A program made the translations under genes and the position numbers. A stretch of 64,000 nt of DNA from a bacterium (lineage in GTDB: Bacteria; Hinthialibacterota; Hinthialibacteria; Hinthialibacterales; Hinthialibacteraceae), in contig CAXXSM010000073.1 in assembly GCA_963663405.2 (NCBI GenBank), forward strand, positions 32,001 to 96,000. Reading direction: 5' to 3'. This document shows positions 41,281 to 52,889 of this stretch, in pieces. Below the pieces are notes generated by a model. The model did no database searches, had not been told where the DNA came from, and saw only the letters and a program-made list of their open reading frames with translations. Position 1 is the stretch's first letter. Every line of letters starts with the position of its first letter.

Positions 41281-42018
41281 TTAAGCGCTGGTTCGCTCTT
41301 TTTTTACTTTAACCGCCGGTAATTCTTTGTTGTGATCCGCGCCGACGGATTTTCGTTGGGAGATATGGAATGGTGGCGGTGTGACCATTCCACTCGATAC
41401 AACCATCTTCATCGCTTCTTCGACCGTCAGGTCAACGGGGATTAAACTCTCCTCAGGCACGATTAGAAAAAAGCCGGAGGTCGGATTCGGTGTAGTGGGA
41501 AGAAATATATAGATAAGTTTCTCGTCCACATAGTTTTCGAAGATATGCTTATCCTTGCCAGTTAGGAACGCCAATGAATATATCCCTTTGCGCGGATATT
41601 CTAAAATGACGACTCCTTCGAAGATACGAGACCGCCGTCCCATGATCGTCTCGCTGATTTGTTTCAACGCCTGATAGATATTCGAGATGATGGGGATCTT
41701 TGACAGGATCAATTCAAACAGGTGCAGTAGCTTCCGGCCGACATAGAGCTGTGTGATAAATCCAATTAACGAGATGATGGCGATGATGAATACAAGGCCG
41801 ATGGCGTTTTCTGGAATCCAACTCTCCTCAAACTTCGGGGAGATTTCAAAATTCATTCGTTTACTGAGTAAATCCGTGAACCAGAAATATATATCGTTGT
41901 AAAAATCGAGTAAAAACATGACCAACCATATTGTGGCCCCAATCGGAAGGATGACCAGCATCCCTGAAAAGAAAAGATTTCGCAGTCTTATAAAAGGTTC
42001 TCTTAAAAAATATCTCAT
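41281..42018 (-). CDS. DUF502 membrane protein
   Basis: FFSG.LV.LP..AT, IP....IY...KQ, EYPRKG, FLPTTPNPTSGF, VEEAMK.VVS.G. Confidence 0.92.
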   Translation of the reverse strand: MRYFLREPFIRLRNLFFSGMLVILPIGATIWLVMFLLDFYNDIYFWFTDLLSKRMNFEISPKFEESWIPENAIGLVFIIAIISLIGFITQLYVGRKLLHLFELILSKIPIISNIYQALKQISETIMGRRSRIFEGVVILEYPRKGIYSLAFLTGKDKHIFENYVDEKLIYIFLPTTPNPTSGFFLIVPEESLIPVDLTVEEAMKMVVSSGMVTPPPFHISQRKSVGADHNKELPAVKVKKERTSA

Positions 42019-42074
42019 GACATCCTCAACGCAAATGAATTGGATTGAATCATATTGACGATTTGGTACAAAGG

Positions 42075-42090
42075 GCTGGTTTAAACCAGC
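42075..42090. repeat. Perfect 16-bp palindrome (REP-core-like or operator)
   Basis: GCTGGTTTAAACCAGC. Confidence 0.4.
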
Positions 42091-42482
42091 GTGTGTTCGT
42101 TCTTTATATCATACATCGATCGAGTCCTTTCAATTAAGAAATCGAAGGAATGGATCATATTTTTCTGTTTCATCGAGATTGAACGAAAATCTGTGAGTTG
42201 AAATTACGTATTAAAATACGTTTTACACCATATTTGGTTTATTGCCAATCAACCTGCTGGAATTTAGAAATGGATTTTATGACGAAACAGCATGAAGCCG
42301 GTAACTTTACTATAGTCTTGGAGGGTCTTATTCCGCCGCGTCTATACTAATCAATTGGTTTCCAATTGTTTGTCTATTGTTGATTGCGCTTTCTAAAAGT
42401 TTACTCGAAACAATAGAAAGCCGCTGTATTCGAAATTCAAACGATATCCGTATTTTCCATTTCTAATTTCATGCGGCCTGTG

Positions 42483-43811
42483 TTAGTCCATCTTCTCTTC
42501 CAATTTTGACTGCGGTGTATCTTCATTCTGAGAAAGGACGATTTTCACTCGATTTATTTTTCGTTCATCTGAATCAAGAATAGTAAAGTGTAAAATTCCA
42601 AAATCAACCTCTTCATCGATTTTCGGCACGGTCCCCGACAAGGAGGTGATAAAACCTCCTAATGTATCGAATCCTTCTTGTGGGAATTGAAAATGCAACA
42701 CATCCGAGAGATCGTTCAGGTTGATTTTCGCGTCTGCGATAAGGCTTCCATCCTCTTGGATTTCGTATTTCGTGTTTTCCTCATCATACTCATCCTGGAT
42801 GTCTCCGACAATTTCCTCCAAAACGTCTTCTATCGTAACCAATCCCGCCGTGAGTCCGTATTCATCTACAACAATCGCCATATGGTTTTTTTCGATTCGG
42901 AAGGTTTGAAGCAGATCACTCACTTTTTTAGTGAGTGGCACAAATAAAGCCGGCCGGATAATCTTACGTAAATTGAATGACGCCGGGTCGTTGATACTCA
43001 GAAGGTCTTTGACGTAGAGAATACCGGCGATGCTGTCGATATCATTTTCGTAGACGGGAATGCGGGAACGGCCTTTATTGACCGCTTCCTGACGCACTTC
43101 TTCCAACGTCAATTCGATCGGAATCGCTTGAAATTCAACCTGGGGAGTCATGACTTCTTTAACGGTGATTTCTCCAAAATCGATGATGCTGTGGATCATC
43201 TCCCGTTCTTCTACTTCCAATACCCCTTCTTTTTCACCGATTTCGATAATGGTCCGGACATCCTCTTCCGTCAACAGCGGAACTTCTTTGATTCGTTCCC
43301 CACCCGTGAGCCGGATGAACAGATTGGCGATGAAGACGAAAAAAATAATAATAGGTTTGGTGACTTTGTAGAGCCAATCCAACGGCCTGATTACAAAAAG
43401 AGATACACGAACCGCATGTTCCTTGCAATACGTTTTTGGAATGATTTCCCCGAAGATTAATAGAAGAAAAGTAGTCGCTCCTACGGCAAGGGCGGAAGCG
43501 AGGGCCGTGGAATGTGACGTTTGGAATACGTTTTCTAGAATGAACTTGGAAATATTTGTAGCCAAAACCGACGCGAGGATGTTGGCGAAATTGTTCGCGG
43601 CGAGGATCGTCGTCAAATAGCGGTTGGGATCGTGAAGCCAGGATTCCAACCGGATGTAGGTTTCATCTCCCTCGCGAAATAATCGTTTCACCCGCAGTTT
43701 GGACATGGATGTGAGCGCGGTTTCTGAACCGGAAATAAACGCGGAAACCACTAAGCATAGAATGAAAATAATGATTTGAATCGTTAGTGTAAAATATGGA
43801 TCTACATTCAT
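42483..43811 (-). CDS. Hemolysin/CorC (CNNM-CBS-CorC_HlyC) family transporter
   Basis: SAF.SGSETA, FGEIIPK, SRIPVY, HMAIVVDEYG..AGLVTIED.LEEIVG.I.DEYD, TLGG. Confidence 0.93.
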   Translation of the reverse strand: MNVDPYFTLTIQIIIFILCLVVSAFISGSETALTSMSKLRVKRLFREGDETYIRLESWLHDPNRYLTTILAANNFANILASVLATNISKFILENVFQTSHSTALASALAVGATTFLLLIFGEIIPKTYCKEHAVRVSLFVIRPLDWLYKVTKPIIIFFVFIANLFIRLTGGERIKEVPLLTEEDVRTIIEIGEKEGVLEVEEREMIHSIIDFGEITVKEVMTPQVEFQAIPIELTLEEVRQEAVNKGRSRIPVYENDIDSIAGILYVKDLLSINDPASFNLRKIIRPALFVPLTKKVSDLLQTFRIEKNHMAIVVDEYGLTAGLVTIEDVLEEIVGDIQDEYDEENTKYEIQEDGSLIADAKINLNDLSDVLHFQFPQEGFDTLGGFITSLSGTVPKIDEEVDFGILHFTILDSDERKINRVKIVLSQNEDTPQSKLEEKMD

Positions 43812-43839
43812 TGATTGTACTGATGCGCACGGATGCGCG

Positions 43840-44379
43840 TCAATTTATCCTCCCCTCTATCATGGAGCCGCTGAACTCAATAACCTTGATTCCCTTGGGA
43901 ATATACGGCGCATGGAGGCCTTGCAGTCTTTCGTGAAGGATCGCCTCCATCCGTTCCCATTGTTCTCCCGTTTCTAGGTCATGGTCATAACCAAGCAAGT
44001 GAATCAATCCGTGAAACAGCAGTTCGCCGATCTCATCATCCAGGGAATGCCCCAGGTGTTCGGCTTGGCGCTGGGCAGTTTCCACGGAAAGAACGATATC
44101 TCCCAACGCATGATGTTGGCCGATCGCTTCTCCCTCTCGCTGCGAAAAGGAGAGTACATCGGTTGGTTTGTCCAATCCACGGTACTCATGATTAAGGCGC
44201 CGGATGTGTTCGTCGTTTACGATAGTAACGCTGATTTCCGCATCGTCCTCTCCAGCGGCTTGGAGTAGGGATTCAAGAAAGCGTTTCTGTCTTTCTCGAT
44301 CGAACTGGATTAAGATATCATTCACCTCAATTAAAACTTTCATTCCATCCTCATTTTGAATATTCATACTTGATTTCAT
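43840..44379 (-). CDS. ybeY: rRNA maturation RNase YbeY
   Basis: LN.EYRG.DKPTDVLSF, LGDIV, HGLIHLLGYDH. Confidence 0.95.
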   Translation of the reverse strand: MKSSMNIQNEDGMKVLIEVNDILIQFDRERQKRFLESLLQAAGEDDAEISVTIVNDEHIRRLNHEYRGLDKPTDVLSFSQREGEAIGQHHALGDIVLSVETAQRQAEHLGHSLDDEIGELLFHGLIHLLGYDHDLETGEQWERMEAILHERLQGLHAPYIPKGIKVIEFSGSMIEGRIN

Positions 44380-44485
44380 TAAAATAATATTAAATTTAAG
44401 AAGAATTGGTATAATGTTTTTTCGCTTTGTATTTTATGAATAGTACTCCCCTTCTATTCTTCATCACCTTTTTAGAACCAACTCA

Positions 44486-46956
44486 TCAAGCGGCGCCTTT
44501 TTTGATCTTGGATTGTTTGCCATTCTCATTTTTATCTTTAACCGCGATGGGTTGTTCCTCTTTTTCTGAATATCGTTTTTCCACTTCGGCTTCGGGTTCC
44601 GGTTCTTTTCGTTTGGCCGGCAAAACGGGGTATTCGATTCGCTGGTGCATCGTGTGCATGATCGTTTCGGAGAACGTGTTGTAAAGCGCGTGCAAATCTT
44701 TAAGAGTCAAGTCGCATTCATCGAATTGACCGTCCATGAACCGGTCGTTGATAATTTTTCGAACGAGTTGCCGCACGTCTTTTTCCAAGGTGGATTTCAG
44801 CGTCCGGGAAGAGGCTTCCAGAGCGTCCGCCAGCATGACGATGGCGGTTTCCTTGGATTGCGGTTTGGGGCCGGGGTAGCGGTAATCCTCCTCCTTCACC
44901 GTGCCTTCCGTTTCTTCTTGGGAAAGCGCCTCATGGTAGAAATAGGTTAACAAGGTTGTGCCGTGATGTTCCGGAATAAAATCGGAAATGACCTTCGGCA
45001 GATTATACTGCTTCGCCAATTCCAAGCCGTGTTTGACATGATTACGGATAATAAGGCAACTCATATTGGGCGTTAGTTTGGAGTGTTTTGCCTTGTCGGC
45101 GCTGCTCTGTTGATTTTCAACGAAATATTGGGATTTCAACGATTTACCAATGTCATGATAATAGCATCCCACGCGAGTGAGCAGCGCGTTGGCGCCGATC
45201 GCTTCCGCCGCAGTTTCCGCCAACGTGGCCACGCGCATACTGTGTTGATACGTGCCCGGCGCGTCATTTTCAAGTTTCTGGAGCAGCGCGTTTTTCCGGC
45301 TGAGTTCCAATAGTTTGATATCCGTAGTCATCCCAAACAAGTCTTCAAAAATAGGGAGAAGGGCGATGGATAGAATCGAGACCAAACCACCGTTTTACCG
45401 CTCCCCAAAGCAGGGACCACTTCAAAACTTTTGTTTGTATCAGCAATTCTTCAAAGGTTTTATATTGCTGCAGAGAAAGCGCGAGGATTAGAAAACTGGC
45501 GAGGATCATCACAACGCCACCCGCCCGGTATAGATCGCTGCGCTGCCGGATTCTCGCAGCTGTATAGATGGCTCCATAGGACGTGAACACGGCGACGAGA
45601 ATATAAGGCAGCGCTCCCAAACCCATTTCATCACCGATGATAATTCCCATATAAATCGAGGTCAGCACACAGCTAAATGCGGCGAGACGCGCTCCCACCA
45701 TAATAGTCAAAATCACTCCCAATGCGCCCATAGGGATTCCATAGCCGATCTGTCTCAGCTTGTTACTTCCCAGATCAAGCCGGGAGAGATGATCGAAGAC
45801 ATTGAACCAGCGCGAATACGAGAAGAACTGTAATAAACACCACCGCAATTTTGCGGCCGCTAATGGGCGACTTTCGGGTAGTAGACCTTCATGAATTTCA
45901 ACAGCATGAAGACAAAGATCACGGCCAATCCCAAATAGCCGATTTCCGCATGGGGGGGGAGCCGCATTATATTCTGCAGCGCCTGCAAGGTTGTTAACGC
46001 CTCTTTTGTGACGATTCGCCCGGTTGCCGATGATTGTAACATCTTTTTCGACGTGCTTCATGACCGGGGTGACGCTATCGCGTTTTTTCTCGTTTCCGTT
46101 GTTCTGTTAAGGTTTTATTGTATGTCAGAGAGGGTTTTTCATAGACCGCCCGGACTAAGAAAGCCGCGAGTTGTCTGGCCGCTTCGTTTCGTTCCGATTC
46201 AGGATAGTTGAATTCAATCTTCTCATCGAATCGTTGGAAGAATTTGTCCCGTGTTTTAATCTCATTTGCGGCGATGATGGTGTCCTCATTCCCTTTCGGA
46301 TTTAGAAAAGTAACACCGGGTGTGGTTTGGGACACTGGAGCGGATTCGGCGCCTGGATTCATTTAGAATGGTGATCGTATCGGCGATTCCCGGACCCGCG
46401 GCCGCTTCGATCCACTGTTGCGCCGAGGTCCAGAATGATTGCTCTCCGGCGCCGCTGAAATCCGCTATACTTTTCGCGATGGAAGAGGGCAGAGAATCCT
46501 CAAGTCTGACGCCTGCTTTTCTCAATACGGATAATCCCCATGACTCGATCGCCTGCTCTTCAATAGGTGTCGTTCGCGCGGCTTCGGCGATGGCTTGTAT
46601 TTTCTGTTTCATCTGAGGAATGGACGTCTGGATCGCGATTGAAGACAGGCGCGACTTTCGCTTCTTCCTCCAATTGTTTCCGCTCCGTTTTCTCTTCATC
46701 GACGTAGTCAAATTGAAACGGCGCAGTCACCGCGAGAGGGGAGGGTTTGCCTAATTGCACCTCGCTTAAATCCAATACCGCCTGGGGCCGGATAAGTAAA
46801 TAAATGAATAAGGACCGCCACCACAAGGGGGCCATAATATCCCGTGTGAGGCCGAATCCCATTCCAAAACTCGCGAAACCGGGTTTTGAAGGATTGTTTC
46901 TTCTGCCCACCACCACGTGTTGACTTTTTATATAAAAATTGGGAAACCGTTTTCAT
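44486..46956 (-). CDS. 7TM-HD (HDIG) phosphohydrolase, PgpH-like c-di-AMP phosphodiesterase family; split by about 8 single-base insertions
   Basis: APGTYQHS, YYHDIGK, F.ENQ, EHHGT, YPGPKPQSKE...LAD..EA; conserved phoH-HD-ybeY order. Confidence 0.85.
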
Positions 46957-48020
46957 GGCAATATGGGAGCCGTCTCATCCCGATCTGGAACGGTTGATCG
47001 TTTACCGTGGATGTCTTTCTCATGCGCATGGTTTCGTTCCCGGTCACGAATTTCATAAGCGCCAATAATTCGTTGAACCAGTGGATGCCGGACAATGTCC
47101 TTACGGGTCATGTGAATGAAGGAAATACCTTCAATGCCGACCAAAAATTCACTGACTTCGATTAATCCACTCTTTCTACCCGCAGGGAGATCGACTTGAG
47201 TGATATCTCCCGTAATGATGGCTTTGGAATCAAATCCCAAGCGGGTGAGAAACATCTTCATTTGCTCGCTTGTTGTATTCTGCGCTTCATCCAAGATCAC
47301 GAACGAATTGTTCAACGTCCGGCCCCGCATGTACGCCAGCGGGGCGATCTCGATAATCCGGCGTTCCATATAGCGTTGAACGACGTCCGCGCTGAACATA
47401 TCGTAGAGCGCGTCATTTAATGGACGAAGAAAAGGATCCACTTTCGCCTGCAGATCACCGGGAAGAAACCCGAGGGATTCCCCCGCTTCAACCGCCGGCC
47501 GGCAAAGAATAATCCGCCGCACTTCCTTTCGTTCCAACGCCGAAGCCGCCGCCGCCACCGCCAAATAGGTCTTCCCCGTTCCCGCAGGGCCGATGGAAAA
47601 GACGATGTCGTGATTGGCCATGGCGTGGATATATTGTCTTTGTCCAAAGGTTTTCGGTTTGATGATTCCTTTTTTTCCCTTCAATGGAACCGTAATCGGC
47701 GCGAATTCCTGGGATTCCAAATCAGTAGAGGAATTTTGGTTCATCGAGAGAAGATATTCCACATCTCGTGGTGTGATCCGGTCACCCTGACGAATCAGTT
47801 TCAGGAGATCATCGAGGATCGACGCGGCTTTGTCCACTTCCTCCGAACCACCGGATACGACAATGCCTTCCGAGCGTACGACGATACTCACTGAAAAATG
47901 TTTGCGGAGAAGCCGGAGATTACGATCCCGTACTCCAAATAGGCAGTGACTTTCTTCTAAATCCATAATAGGGATCGTTTGTTGACTCTCTTGTGTTTGA
48001 TCCATAAGTTTCATATTCAC
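46953..48020 (-). CDS. phoH: PhoH-like ATPase
   Basis: GPAGTGKTYLAVA, RPAVEAGESLGFLPGDL, APLAYMRGRTL, LDEAQN, GDITQVDL, VRHPLV. Confidence 0.93.
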   Translation of the reverse strand: MNMKLMDQTQESQQTIPIMDLEESHCLFGVRDRNLRLLRKHFSVSIVVRSEGIVVSGGSEEVDKAASILDDLLKLIRQGDRITPRDVEYLLSMNQNSSTDLESQEFAPITVPLKGKKGIIKPKTFGQRQYIHAMANHDIVFSIGPAGTGKTYLAVAAAASALERKEVRRIILCRPAVEAGESLGFLPGDLQAKVDPFLRPLNDALYDMFSADVVQRYMERRIIEIAPLAYMRGRTLNNSFVILDEAQNTTSEQMKMFLTRLGFDSKAIITGDITQVDLPAGRKSGLIEVSEFLVGIEGISFIHMTRKDIVRHPLVQRIIGAYEIRDRERNHAHEKDIHGKRSTVPDRDETAPILP

Positions 48021-48338
48021 CTGAATGAATTCATACTCCTTCTTTCTAGCGTCACTCAGTCCACTGTTGCGGATTCCCTGGTGAATGAATTAATAATCCC
48101 TTTATTTTTAGAGACTTGCCTTGTTTGATATTTGATAAAATCGAGGTGGATGTTATTGCGCCGCCCTTTCCGGCGATAATAAGCGAAAATGAAATCTTGA
48201 CGAAAAAACGCGCTCAAGATGTTTTGTCTGTGTTGAGTTCGGGTATTAAATGAGGAATCTTCGCATATGGAATGGTGTTTTCTGTTTATATATGTTTTAT
48301 TCTCAATAAAACTTTGGTTTTTAAAGGTATAAAGCGAC

Positions 48339-48390
48339 AAAAGCCCCAACGCAGGATCTTCGATCGCATCGCCCGCGGGAGCTTTTTTTT
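48339..48390 (-). terminator. Nested GC-rich stem with T-tracts (possibly bidirectional)
   Basis: Minus strand AAAAGCUCC-CGCGGG...CCUGCG-UU-GGGGCUUUU with G-U pairs. Confidence 0.5.
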
Positions 48391-48868
48391 GATTCAAGAT
48401 AAAAAGGTATGACGGAGGTTGTCCGTCAGTGTCTTCTGCAATTTCGCTCATATTGCTGGAAGTCTACACAGATCAGGTGTCATTGTCAATCACTTATTTC
48501 GTATACCGGACTTTATCATATCGTTCTTTTTTATGAAAATTAGTCTAGATAACTATTTCATTCGCAATCTCATCCTCGACTCATTTTCATTTGTTCGTTG
48601 TGATCTCGATTATGATGGTTTATATGTATCATTCGCGCCGAATCGATTTTATTTTCCGGTATATTTAATACTTAATTAGTTTACTCTATTCAATGCGCAT
48701 TGTCTAAGGGAAAAAGACCGGCCCTTTTTCTTCTTGAGATGAACGATTTTCACAAAGCGTTCTCATTTTTTTTATTGGATTCATACAAGAGGCAATGAAA
48801 TCGTTGAAATAGTAAATCGATCGGATCGTATTTCTAGACTAGATAAGTATGAATGAAGGAGTTATTCC

Positions 48869-48949
48869 ATGGTTGGAATTTGGGAAATTCTTATGATTCT
48901 TCTCATCGCCGCCGTTTTTGGAATTTTTGCGATTCGATTGTTTCGATAA
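48869..48949 (+). CDS. 26-aa single-TM small protein resembling the TatA N-terminus
   Basis: GAAGGAG RBS 7 nt before ATG; MVGIWEILMILLIAAVFGIFAIRLFR*. Confidence 0.55.
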   Translation: MVGIWEILMILLIAAVFGIFAIRLFR

Positions 48950-48962
48950 GTTTTCTTCACAA

Positions 48963-49679
48963 TCAGCGGTTTGGAATCATCGCGATAGCGTCTTTCAAAT
49001 CTCCTGCTTTTTTGGGTTTATGAGGTGGTTTGATCAGTTTCACACCACGGATTACTGTGATGATATCTTGATAGTCATTGTTTGTGGAAAATTCCCAGCA
49101 GACAACATACCAATTCGGCTTGACGCCCCACCGGGTTTGATAGGGATAGATTTTCGCCTTATGGATATCCATCCCAAATCGTTCGATACGGCTATTGAGA
49201 CGGTCCTGTGTATATACGGTTTCTTTCGCGTAGGTGAAGCCGGGATTGAAATTCGCGCTTTGAACGAAAAGACCGAACGGGCCCGAACCCGGATCGAAGA
49301 AATGGGGACAATCTGGCGTCGTGGGCAGACCACTGATTTGGCTCTGATCCCCAGCTTTCAGACCGCAGGTAAAAACGGGGCGCAGATCCGGTTCGGAAGA
49401 AAATGGATAATAGCCGGCGCGAACGTTGGAGGTGGCCGGTTCTACGCCGAATGAGTATTTGGCGACAAGCACGAGTTCAACCTTCGGCTCCACTTTTACG
49501 AAAAGACCCTGGCTTGGGCCGTCCACGTGGATCTCTTTACTTAAATCCACCTGAATCCCTAATTCACTCATCACCCGATCCAACGGAGGTTCGGTCTCCG
49601 CGCCCGTTCCAACGCTTACCAGAAACAATAGCAGCGAACAAGTGAGTATGCTTCGTAACATTGATTTTTCTCCTTTCAA
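48963..49679 (-). CDS. Secreted hypothetical protein
   Basis: AAGGAG RBS, signal peptide, C-terminal WE...NDYQD..(I/V) motif. Confidence 0.7.
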   Translation of the reverse strand: MKGEKSMLRSILTCSLLLFLVSVGTGAETEPPLDRVMSELGIQVDLSKEIHVDGPSQGLFVKVEPKVELVLVAKYSFGVEPATSNVRAGYYPFSSEPDLRPVFTCGLKAGDQSQISGLPTTPDCPHFFDPGSGPFGLFVQSANFNPGFTYAKETVYTQDRLNSRIERFGMDIHKAKIYPYQTRWGVKPNWYVVCWEFSTNNDYQDIITVIRGVKLIKPPHKPKKAGDLKDAIAMIPNR

Positions 49680-49714
49680 TTTGTATAGAGATTGTATTAA
49701 AAAAAGAATCTAGA

Positions 49715-50527
49715 TCATTCGGAAGCCCCAGCGTTTGTATCCTGCGCTGGAACCGGCTCGCGCAGACTTTGGGGAATCAATACGGGATTGATCCCCAGTA
49801 CCCAATCTCGTTTGTAACGGCGCCAAAAGGATGGCGTGAAATGTTTTGATCCCCGTAGCTGCGTGTCGTTTAACAGCCGGTCTATTGGAAGAGAATAGAA
49901 CTGATCCAGCAAAGGGATCGAGGTGGTTTTATAAGACCAGTGCCAAGGCTCTTCCGCAAAGCCGGTCCGCTTGGGATCGGAGGTATAGACTTCATAAAAT
50001 CCATACTGTCCGGCGTTCTTCCGCAACCAGTTGTATAATTTATGAAAAACTCCCCCTTTATGATAATTCCGCGCCTCGAGAAGGGAATCCGGTTGGGATA
50101 CGGCGTGATCGACCATATCTTCAAATCGGTCCCCCAATGGTGCCGTGAGGTTCCTGGAATTGCGGAGTAGCGAATGATTTCATCTATGATAACCGCTGGG
50201 GTTTTCTTTTTTTTAGAAAACGATGTGTATTTTCGATTCCAGATTTTGCGTTGATGCTCATACCCACGGTAACTGGATTGAGAATAGATCGTTATCCCAT
50301 CTTTCTTAGCGGCGGCGCGCATCGCGTCGAACGCTTCAGCGGCTTCTTTCCTGAGATTGAATCCTTTCCCGAAAAGGACTGGTCTTTTCCGCCCCAGCAA
50401 TTCGGGATTCAGGGATTATGGATTTTGCCGGCTGATTGGAACGATCCGCCCCTTGCGCTGTGGGCAACGGAAAAATGACGCCTGCCATGAATGCTCCTGT
50501 CGTGATTAAGAATGATTTTCTCTTCAT
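49715..50527 (-). CDS. M15B (VanY-like) D-Ala-D-Ala carboxypeptidase, two frameshifts
   Basis: SSYRGYEHQ, SAIPGTSRHHWGTD, WL..NA..YGF, EEPWHWSY; Tat-like N-terminus KRKSFL. Confidence 0.85.
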
Positions 50528-50692
50528 ACTCCCGCTGTCTTGCCGCTTGACGAATACGGAGCGGACAACCAAGATAATTTGTTTATAGTTAAATTAAGCG
50601 AATTTTCTGCTATCGCTTTCTGGATTACAGTGAGGAACTTCTATCATAAATAGAAACAAGACAAACGTCAATGAAAGGGCTCGTGTAACTGA

Positions 50693-52012
50693 ATGAAAGA
50701 CCAATTGCTGCGGCGCATAGAAAACCGGGAGGCGGTATTGGGGATTGTTGGATTGGGGTATGTCGGATTACCGATTGTGCTGGAGACAACCCGTGTGAAA
50801 TTTCGAACGATCGGATTCGATATTGATCCAATGAAAGTGGAGCGGCTGCAAGAGGGACGTTCGTACATTCATCATATATCCTCCTCGTTGATTCAAAACC
50901 TTCTGGACACGCAATTGTTTGAAGCGACCACTGACTATTCGCGGCTCCGTGAGGTGGACGCGATTGTGATCTGTGTGCCCACGCCCATTGGATAATTTCC
51001 GTGAACCGGATCTCTCCGCCGTGGACGCGACTGCGGAGGCGATCGCGGAAAACCTTCAGGCGGGGCAGTTGATCGTTCTCGAAAGCACAACCTATCCCGG
51101 TACCACCGATGAACGGATTCTGCCTCGATTGGAGAAAACAGGACTGGCTGTGGGAACCGATTTCTTCTTGGCCTATTCGCCTGAACGGGAAGATCCAGGC
51201 CGTAAAGATTACACTACGCATAGAATCCCTAAAGTCTTTGGGGGAACGACGCCGGCCTGTCTCGAAGTGGGAATGGCGCTGTATCAGTGTATTTTTGAAA
51301 AACTCGTGCCGGTATCTTCTACCCGCGCGGCGGAATTGACGAAACTTCTTGAAAATATATACCGGGCGGTCAATATCGCGCTTGTTAACGAAATGAAAAT
51401 GCTCTGCGACCGGATGGGGATCGATATCTGGGAAGTGATTGACGCCGCGTCTTCCAAACCATTCGGCTATTCAGCCGTTCTATCCCGGTCCTGGATTGGG
51501 GGGGCATTGTATTCCTATCGATCCATTTTATCTTACTTGGAAAGCGCGTGAGTATGATTTCTCCACCCGGTTCATTGAATTAGCGGGGGAGATCAATACG
51601 GAGATGCCGGAATTCGTTGTGATGAAACTCGTGCAGGCTCTATCCAAAAAAGGAATTCCTATCAAAAATTCCCAGATTCTGGTTTCTGGGGGTGGCGTAC
51701 AAAAAGGATGTGGATGATGTGCGTGAATCCCCAGCGCTGCGGGTGGTGGAGTTGATGCGGAATTGGGGAATGCGGGTTGACTATCATGATCCGTATGTGC
51801 CAGTCTATCCCAAAGGACGTCACGGAGATTTGGGAATGGCTTCCGTCGAGTTAAACGAGGAGACGATCCAGCAATACGACGCGGCGTTTATTTTGACGGA
51901 TCATCAATGCGTGGATTACCAATGGATCGTAGATCATATTGATCTAGTCGTTGATACCCGAAACGCGGCGAAAGATGTCGTCCGGCGCCGCGATCGAATT
52001 GTAAAGGCGTAA
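50693..52012 (+). CDS. UDP-N-acetylhexosamine / nucleotide-sugar dehydrogenase (WbpA/WecC-like), three +1 frameshifts
   Basis: [63 protein letters not shown]. Confidence 0.9.
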
Positions 52013-52014
52013 TC

Positions 52015-52830
52015 ATGAGTGAGAAGCGCGGTCCCTACGAGCAATTAAAGGAATACTATCAAACCAGCGAACGTTACCGGGACGATCTGGGCGACGCATG
52101 ACGATATCGTTTCTCGAACCGTTTCTACAATTGATCGAGCGGCGTGTTTCGAAAGGGGGGCGGATTCTCGATCTGGGCTGTGGGACGGGATTGTCGACTT
52201 GTCTGCTGGAACGGCGGGGGTATGAAGCGATTGGTATCGATCTCTCTCCCCTTTTTCTGGAAGTGGAAAAAAGCCGGGAATCCAGACGTTTCTCTGCTGA
52301 CGGCCAATGCGCTGCAACTTCCATTCGCGGATGAGATATTCGACGCGGTCGTTGGATTTGAATTCATTGAGCACGTGCATGATGTGCCTGCGCTGTTGGA
52401 TGAGATGATTCGCGTGGTGAAAGTGCGGGGGCATATCATCATTCATTCACCCAATTTACTCTCTCCCTACCTGCCCGCCTACGATCTGCTGCGCCTGATG
52501 CAGGGAGGGAAAGGGCGGCCTGTATTCGCGGAAACCATACCACAGGCGCGCGATTGGTTTAAACAAAATATGCGTCTCTCCATTAAGAAATGGTTTTCCC
52601 CCCCGTCCTCAATTTCTCTATCGTACACCGGATTTATCAGAAGAGCGGATCGGGGGAGACGCGGACAGCATCTACTTGGCTCATCCAATCGATCTGGCCT
52701 TGTATATGCGCAAGAATGGCTGCGCGATCGATCAACGGGCCCATGCGATGAGTTTCCGTAATAAAATTATCTCAGGCGATCACACCGAATTTCGCTCCCT
52801 ATATCGGATTGGTCGCGCATAAACTCACCA
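52015..52830 (+). CDS. Class I SAM-dependent methyltransferase, several frameshifts, 3' end uncertain
   Basis: ILDLGCGTG, GIDLS, LPFADE.FD, IEHV.D...L.EM.RV. Confidence 0.75.
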
Positions 52831-52889
52831 TTGCCGCCAAACCGGGGCATGTGTTTTATCCACCTGAAAAACGAATAATTTTTTCGACT

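Noticed and set aside
42020-42480. ncRNA or hidden gene in the 460-bp gap
   Set aside because: No tRNA, SRP, tmRNA or riboswitch motif recognised and no credible ORF; only a 16-bp palindrome
44486-46956. Pseudogenisation or phase variation of the 7TM-HD phosphodiesterase
   Set aside because: All breaks are +1 duplications, mostly in short runs, matching the window-wide error signature
48056-48679. ORFs 48056-48451 (-) and 48419-48679 (+)
   Set aside because: AT-rich, no recognisable motifs or clear RBS; likely spurious
52809-52889. N-terminal extension or fusion of LptB with the methyltransferase
   Set aside because: LptB homology starts at the ATG at 52890; the upstream in-frame stretch is the error-prone tail of the methyltransferase
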